From a virus: a stretch of 64,000 bases of DNA. The stretch lies in IMG/VR virus record IMGVR_UViG_3300025018_000098, positions 104,875-168,874 of that record; one strand, 5' to 3'. Positions 58,885 to 64,000 of the stretch are shown piece by piece. The notes beneath the pieces are model-generated. The model was not told the DNA's origin and searched no databases. It saw only the letters and a list, made by a program, of their open reading frames with translations. The position numbers and the translations under genes were made by a program. The stretch's first letter is position 1. Each line of letters begins with the position of its first letter.

Positions 58885-59015
58885 AGAGGATCTTGAATAT
58901 CCTTACGGGCGTGTATAAAAACATCTTGATCTTCCTCTCATACTCCCCATCTCATAACTTAGGTCGTGTGGGGGCGACAGGTATAACTAATGTAACTTAC
59001 TAACTATGTAACTTA
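58878..59015. repeat. AT-rich region with ATCTTGA x3 and TAACT(A)ATGTAACTTA x2
   Basis: Contains TAACTTACTAACT, the reverse complement of the 56603 motif. Confidence 0.7.
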
Positions 59016-59052
59016 TCGAGTCTTCTGAGGCCCCGTGTCCCAGAAGATCTTC

Positions 59053-59145
59053 TTTGCTAAATAGACCCCCATCTGGCCTATGAGCAAGGTGAAGGAAAAC
59101 GGTTCGACTCCGGTGCTTGTAGGGGGTGGCCCCCCAACTTCTTTG
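59053..59145 (+). promoter_or_regulatory. Orphan promoter copy, possible short RNA
   Basis: About 40 bp identical to the 30.5-kb promoter; no credible + strand gene follows. Confidence 0.55.
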
Positions 59146-59154
59146 CTATCCCAG

Positions 59155-59196
59155 AAAAACGAAAGGCCACCTCCATGGGATGTATGGAGGTGGCCT
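59155..59196 (-). terminator. Intrinsic terminator of the tail operon
   Basis: 13-bp perfect stem AGGCCACCTCCAT/ATGGAGGTGGCCT followed by TTCGTTTTT. Confidence 0.8.
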
Positions 59197-59255
59197 ACCG
59201 TCCCCGAGGCCCAAGAAAACCTCGAGTACGAGCCTCAGAAGGCGTGGGAATATCC

Positions 59256-60461
59256 CTACGCCCTCCGGGGAGCTATGGGCTGGCGGTGCTGCGTTGTCAG
59301 GTTGGTCGCTGCATCGATTCCCTTTTTGGCACCGTACAGGCCTACGCCCACCGTACCGACAGCTGCAGCACCGAGGGCGGCCTTGCCCTTGGTGAGGCCC
59401 CCAGGCTTGGCCACCGTGGCAGGCTTCGCAGGTAGGTTGGGCTTCCCAGGCTTGGCCGCCCTCATGGCGTTCATGCGGCCCTTGACGTCCTGCCCGATCA
59501 TCTTCATGCGTGTCTGTGCACCAAGCATCATGGGCTCAACCTTGGCCCTAGCGTTGGCCAACATGGGCTTGGCCTTGGCCTGGGCCAACATGGGCTTGGC
59601 TTTCGACAGGAGGTTCTTGCCTGCGCTGAGGGCAGCACCGAAGTACCCAGCCTCCTTGAGCATCTCGAGGCTGTCCTCCGGGGTGTAACCCATCTCGCAC
59701 AGGCTGACGAAGAGCTCGTCGGCTGAGACCTTGGAGAGGAGCTCGTCTGAGGCATACTTGCGGCCCAGCGTCTGTGCGAACTCCATCTGCCAGCTCGAGA
59801 GCTTGAGGCTGGAACCACCGGAGTCCGATGGATTGTTGTTGTTCGGAGAGTCCTCTGCGTCCACCCCAGAGATGATGGTGGGCTCGTTGTTCAGTGGGTT
59901 CTTCTTCTTTTTGCTGTTCGGATCTCGCTCGGGACTGGCATCCGGCCACGCTGCTCGCTTGAGGATCGAGGCAACCTTCTCTCCGCGGTACTCTTGGCTC
60001 ATGGCCTTCTCCTTGAACTCGTCCATGGGCATGGCCTTGATGGATCCGAGGAAACGCTCATCGTTGTAGTGATCGACGTACGCCTTGCGTGCCGCCTCGA
60101 GGCTGGGGAAGCCGAGCATGCACTTCTGCTCGTCGAACTCTGTCCAGGCCTTGCCATCGCCCTTGGTCGAGCCACCCTCGGGCTTCTTCTTTTGGTCCAC
60201 GATGTAGACATGGGTGGCTTCTTCATCCGGCCCCACGTACACGTCCAAGTGGTCCCCGTCTGTCCCCTCGGTTCCCCGGATGTACCCATAGTGGTGGGCC
60301 ATGGTCGTGGTCCCATTCTCACCTGTGTGGGGGTTGTGCCACGCTCGCTTGGACCCTCGAGCATTCTCGATGGAGATAGGTAGGCCCTGGAAGAGGAGCT
60401 TGCCGTCCAGCTTGTACGCTGCCGCGGTCTTGTTGAACTCGTCGATGAAGAAGTGCTGCAT
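59256..60461 (-). CDS. InPase (inorganic pyrophosphatase-like) domain protein, possible internal virion protein
   Basis: ISIENARGS.R...M...YGYIRGTEGTDGDHLDVYVGP...VDQ...FDEQKCMLGF...AY. Confidence 0.8.
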   Translation of the reverse strand: MQHFFIDEFNKTAAAYKLDGKLLFQGLPISIENARGSKRAWHNPHTGENGTTTMAHHYGYIRGTEGTDGDHLDVYVGPDEEATHVYIVDQKKKPEGGSTKGDGKAWTEFDEQKCMLGFPSLEAARKAYVDHYNDERFLGSIKAMPMDEFKEKAMSQEYRGEKVASILKRAAWPDASPERDPNSKKKKNPLNNEPTIISGVDAEDSPNNNNPSDSGGSSLKLSSWQMEFAQTLGRKYASDELLSKVSADELFVSLCEMGYTPEDSLEMLKEAGYFGAALSAGKNLLSKAKPMLAQAKAKPMLANARAKVEPMMLGAQTRMKMIGQDVKGRMNAMRAAKPGKPNLPAKPATVAKPGGLTKGKAALGAAAVGTVGVGLYGAKKGIDAATNLTTQHRQPIAPRRA

Positions 60462-60531
60462 GGTCTACCTACGACAAAGGGGGCCGCACTGAGTGGGACC
60501 CCCATACCCTACACCAGAAGGTGCACAGCTG

Positions 60532-61242
60532 TCAGGTGATGAGCTCGACGGCGTTCATGGCGATCGGAACCACCCGCTCGAACTGCATGGCCACGGACTC
60601 CTGCATGATGACGCCCTGAGCATCCGTCGCGAGAGTGTGGTTGGGGATGACACAGCTCTCGATGTACGCGGCGCCGTAGGTGTCCGTGTTGCTGTCCCCG
60701 AGGATCATCAGGAGGCCGACGGGCTGGGAGAACAGGTCGGATGCCAGGTCGATGTAGAAGTTCTCGAAGCCTGGGGGCAAGATCACATCGTGCGGATTGG
60801 CGATCGCTGCAGCACCCACGTTCGGGAACAGCGAGGGCACGACCGTCTCCGGGATGCTGTCCTGGTAGTAGGCGTACAGCGTACGAAGCATCGACGGCCC
60901 GTGGTACAGGATGCGGCTGAGTGATAGCTGCCCGATGGTACGGCCCGAGATGAAGTAGGACCGCTCCGAGCCAATCTCGAAGATGCGGCTCCAGTTGCGG
61001 TTGTGGGACAGGTTGATGTTCTGGCAGAGGCCCAGGGGATACACCAGCTGTGACGCCGCCTCTGGAGCTCCGCTGAGGGCCGCGCCGAGGCTCAAGGCCC
61101 CGCCGATGGAGGCCAGTCGCGGAGGACCGCAGAAGATGCCCGTGTAGGCACCCGTGACGAAGCGTCCGTCCACCATGCCGGGGCCATTGCCACCGGACTG
61201 CATGTAGTTCTTGTACGGACTCCAGTTGCCGAATGAGGCCAT
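60532..61242 (-). CDS. Tail tube protein
   Basis: Downstream of sheath; PLGLCQNINLS...RIFEIGS.R.YFISGR...IMQESV.MQFE. Confidence 0.7.
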   Translation of the reverse strand: MASFGNWSPYKNYMQSGGNGPGMVDGRFVTGAYTGIFCGPPRLASIGGALSLGAALSGAPEAASQLVYPLGLCQNINLSHNRNWSRIFEIGSERSYFISGRTIGQLSLSRILYHGPSMLRTLYAYYQDSIPETVVPSLFPNVGAAAIANPHDVILPPGFENFYIDLASDLFSQPVGLLMILGDSNTDTYGAAYIESCVIPNHTLATDAQGVIMQESVAMQFERVVPIAMNAVELIT

Positions 61243-61255
61243 CAGCTCCTACCTT

Positions 61256-61594
61256 TCAGCCCAACGGCCGGTTGGATGCCAGAAAGCGGTCGACCAAGGA
61301 CCGCTTGGATGCGGTCTTGGATCGGATGAGCTCTCGGACATCATCTTCATGTGTGATCTCTGCTGCGGTCTTGGCACCGGCCAAGCTGCTGCGAACCGAT
61401 GCCTCGATCTGATCGAGGGTCAAGGGGCCCGCAATCCTCTCCAGGCTGCTCGAGGTCTTGACCTCATCGCCCCCCAGGTCACTCGTAGGTGCGCTGGGGG
61501 TCGAGGCTGCGTCCTCTGCTTGATGCGAGTCCATGATGTCCTCCAAGGAGGACTCAAGGTCATGCGCTTTCTTGTTATACACAAAGTCGGTCAT
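61256..61594 (-). CDS. Small hypothetical protein between sheath and tube
   Basis: 112 aa with KTA/KTS motifs. Confidence 0.6.
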   Translation of the reverse strand: MTDFVYNKKAHDLESSLEDIMDSHQAEDAASTPSAPTSDLGGDEVKTSSSLERIAGPLTLDQIEASVRSSLAGAKTAAEITHEDDVRELIRSKTASKRSLVDRFLASNRPLG

Positions 61595-61601
61595 GGGTGC
61601 C

Positions 61602-64000
61602 TCAGATGATGAGAGTGACGCGGATTTCGTTCAGGGGGTAGAGGATGCCCAGGGTCACGTCCAGAAGGAGGTTGTCCGGGGCAGTCTCACTCTGGCGGAT
61701 GCTGTTGACGTTGAAGTCAGCCAGCACACCTGCGTCGAGGAAGAACCGCTTGAGGCCTTCCATCATCGTCGACACCGCGTTGATGACGTTGGTCGTGATG
61801 TTGAAGCGACCGATGAAGTTGCGCAGCGAAGCCCGCACCGTCTTGGCCACAAAGTCCACGGCCTTGAGGATGGAGAACTCACGCTTCTCGATGGACGTCA
61901 TGTCCGAGGTGAGCTGGTGGCGCGTGTAGATCGAGGTCCCAGGGGCGTCCTGCACCATGACCCAGCAACCACCCCCATCGAGGATGGTCATCTGGTACTC
62001 GCTGTACCGGTCGTTGGAGCCCTGGACCCCGGTGAACCCGGCCAGGCCCACGTTCGTCAGCGGTAGCTGGGGAGAGAGCGAGCTCGTCTTCCCGACCAAC
62101 GCAGCGTTCATGTAGAAGCCCTCGATGAGGGTCTCGAGGCCGTCGATGTTCGCCTTGGCCCGATCGGGCACCGTCACCACCATGCGGCGGTTCAGCAGGC
62201 TCTGCGGGATGGCCTGGTACGCGATGGCCTCCTCGGTGCGGTTGGCCAGGGCCGAGCCGCGCACAGCAATCGAGAACGGGGTGTCCACGATGCTCGAGGT
62301 CCATGGGGACGCCCCGGAGTTGTCGTAGTACCCGTCCGTACCGGTCGCAGTGGTCGTGATGGTCACCACGGAGCCGGCCACTGATGTGATCAGATAGCGG
62401 AAGGTCCGATCCTCAACCTCGAGGTGGAGATCGTCGGCCACCGTGTAGGGGCCAAGGCCCACACCAGCTGCAGCGAGCAACGCCGGGAGGTTGGCGATGC
62501 CTGTGTCGAAGGTGAACGTGGACGCCACCGCGTTGCCCAGAGCTCCGGAAGCCACCAACGTGTTGGCGCTCCGTGTGGGGCGGACGGGGTTGTAGAAGAC
62601 CACCCGTTCGAGGCCGTACTCTTCTCCGGACAGGACATCCACGTGGGCCGCAGCGATCTGCGACATCGTGGTGTTGTGGGAGAGAGGTGCGATGCCGTAG
62701 ACATCCATGTTCTCGAGGAACTCGAACGCTCGAGCCCAGGAGTCTGACGTTCCGTAAGGCTCTGTGCTCGAAGACTCGTCGACACCCAGGCCCTGTACCT
62801 CGAGGCCAGGAGCATTGAGCATGGCGAAGAACAGACCGAGGCCCAGAGGGTTCTGGGTGTCGATGGGCGAGAGCTCCGCCTCGAGGTCAGTCAGGCTGCT
62901 GTACCGAAGCGACGTGAAGTCCTCTGCGATCCCAGTCACATCCTGACGAAGCGCAGTGTACGCGATATACCTGCCGACAGTAGGTGCGGCAGTCACGGAA
63001 CCATCTGGCCCACGAAGAACCGAGGGAGGGATGAAGAGAGACCCTGTGTGGTCGATGCCCATCTCCGGCTCACCTCGGGAGTCGTCGGTCAGGTTCTTGG
63101 CAACGATTGAGTACTGGGCCCCCGTGAATCCTAGATCAACCTCAGTGTCTACTCGCAACCGGGTGGCAGCCACATTCGTGATCAACCCACGGTACACCCC
63201 ATCAACCCAGAGCTCGTCGCCATTGACGGGGACATGCGGGGTTCCACGAACCTCACCAGCAGCCAGCCCAAGGACAGTAGCAGCGCTACCAGAAACCCGG
63301 AGGAAGCTATTAGCTCCAGCTCCGTAGGGCATCGTGATCACCAAGAAGTTGCTTCCATCCAAAGCGAAGGAGAGGGACGGAATACACTCCGTAAGCCAAG
63401 CCACAAGCGCCGTCTCGTCGGCAATGGACGAGTCGATTGCCGCGTACTGGGGGGCTGTGTTGTATGACCCTGTGACGAAGAGCTCAAGGGCTGGGTCGAA
63501 GTCGCCGAGCGCCCCGTAGGTGAGCGTGGTGAGGTCTATTGAGCCTTGGACCTCGGCGGCAGCGCCTGCGGTAGCGAAGGTGCCCGCAGCAAAGTCGAGG
63601 TATGGGGTACGGCTGTCTCCGTCCCCATCATCAAACGCCGTGATGGTGTCCGAGTCACCACGGAGGTGTACCGACGTACGGCTGAGCTCACGGACGTTGC
63701 CACCCCCAAGATCCAGGAAGGCACGAACACTAGCCTGCTCCACCACGAGCTGGCTAAAGTTGCCCCGGGGGTCGGGGTAATCCGCAACAACAGTAAAATA
63801 GTCGTTGTTGTACCCGCTGTTGCCTGCGAAGCGGCCCGCAGCTGGGGCCAGGACGGCGGGCAGTGGGGCGTACGCGGGGATGTCGAGTGTTGCCTCGTTA
63901 CCCGTGGCGGTAGTCTGAATGAACAGGATCTTGTACGCACCCGAGGGCACAGTCACCATGCGTGTGACCAACCCAGGTAGAGCAAGATCATCAATCCTGG
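61602..64000 (-). CDS. Contractile tail sheath protein (partial, start beyond window)
   Basis: C-terminal sheath pattern RHQLTSD...EFSI...DFVAK..R...FIGR.NIT...D.LLLDV....YPLNEI.VTL; frame open to window end. Confidence 0.85.
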   Translation of the reverse strand, partial: RIDDLALPGLVTRMVTVPSGAYKILFIQTTATGNEATLDIPAYAPLPAVLAPAAGRFAGNSGYNNDYFTVVADYPDPRGNFSQLVVEQASVRAFLDLGGGNVRELSRTSVHLRGDSDTITAFDDGDGDSRTPYLDFAAGTFATAGAAAEVQGSIDLTTLTYGALGDFDPALELFVTGSYNTAPQYAAIDSSIADETALVAWLTECIPSLSFALDGSNFLVITMPYGAGANSFLRVSGSAATVLGLAAGEVRGTPHVPVNGDELWVDGVYRGLITNVAATRLRVDTEVDLGFTGAQYSIVAKNLTDDSRGEPEMGIDHTGSLFIPPSVLRGPDGSVTAAPTVGRYIAYTALRQDVTGIAEDFTSLRYSSLTDLEAELSPIDTQNPLGLGLFFAMLNAPGLEVQGLGVDESSSTEPYGTSDSWARAFEFLENMDVYGIAPLSHNTTMSQIAAAHVDVLSGEEYGLERVVFYNPVRPTRSANTLVASGALGNAVASTFTFDTGIANLPALLAAAGVGLGPYTVADDLHLEVEDRTFRYLITSVAGSVVTITTTATGTDGYYDNSGASPWTSSIVDTPFSIAVRGSALANRTEEAIAYQAIPQSLLNRRMVVTVPDRAKANIDGLETLIEGFYMNAALVGKTSSLSPQLPLTNVGLAGFTGVQGSNDRYSEYQMTILDGGGCWVMVQDAPGTSIYTRHQLTSDMTSIEKREFSILKAVDFVAKTVRASLRNFIGRFNITTNVINAVSTMMEGLKRFFLDAGVLADFNVNSIRQSETAPDNLLLDVTLGILYPLNEIRVTLII

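Noticed and set aside
3263-59086. CRISPR array or dispersed mini-array from the recurring motif
   Set aside because: Copies are kilobases apart, degenerate and positioned before SD/start codons; no regular spacers or cas genes
59095-59125. tRNA suggested by GGTTCGACTCC
   Set aside because: Only a 3-bp T-stem; no acceptor, D or anticodon arms can be built
261-63980. Numerous long + strand ORFs antisense to real genes (e.g. 27311, 41732, 47200, 59080)
   Set aside because: Shadow ORFs expected in GC-rich DNA; no SD or recognisable motifs
1-64000. Retron, DGR, integrase or transposase
   Set aside because: No reverse transcriptase, recombinase or DDE motifs recognised, and no TR/VR repeat pair noticed

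Overview
This window looks like a 64-kb piece of a large, GC-rich, contractile-tailed (jumbo/myovirus-like) phage genome. Genes are dense and mostly on the minus strand, and I saw no host housekeeping operons. The right end carries a tail sheath (partial), a tail tube and an InPase-domain protein. The left end carries a tail-fibre-like gene, a LamG-like gene and a partial tandem-PAS sensor gene missing from the ORF track. Recognisable genes in between: GroES-like co-chaperonin, Tad2/DUF2829 anti-defence protein, probable tail-assembly-chaperone pair with a -1 slippery site, SspB-like ClpXP adaptor (suggesting a Myxococcota-type host; inference), MazG-like pyrophosphatase, WYL protein, SleB-like hydrolase, RNase HII, Toprim protein, P-loop kinase, amidase endolysin, two HNH proteins, a two-piece RecD2, intein-containing ThyX, dCTP deaminase and a DnaQ-like exonuclease. 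Many small hypothetical genes fall into paralog families. Non-coding structure includes about 20 copies of a promoter-like CCTAT(A/G/C)AGCA motif usually followed by a TGAAGG/AAGGAG leader, two terminated stem-loop RNAs exposing CCUUC anti-SD-like loops, an orphan promoter with a T-loop mini-RNA, and AT-rich AGTTAGTAAGT repeats flanking an HTH operon. Several single-base frameshifts at G/C homopolymers suggest uncorrected sequencing errors, so all frameshift-based calls need caution. Family assignments come from motif recognition by eye, not database searches.
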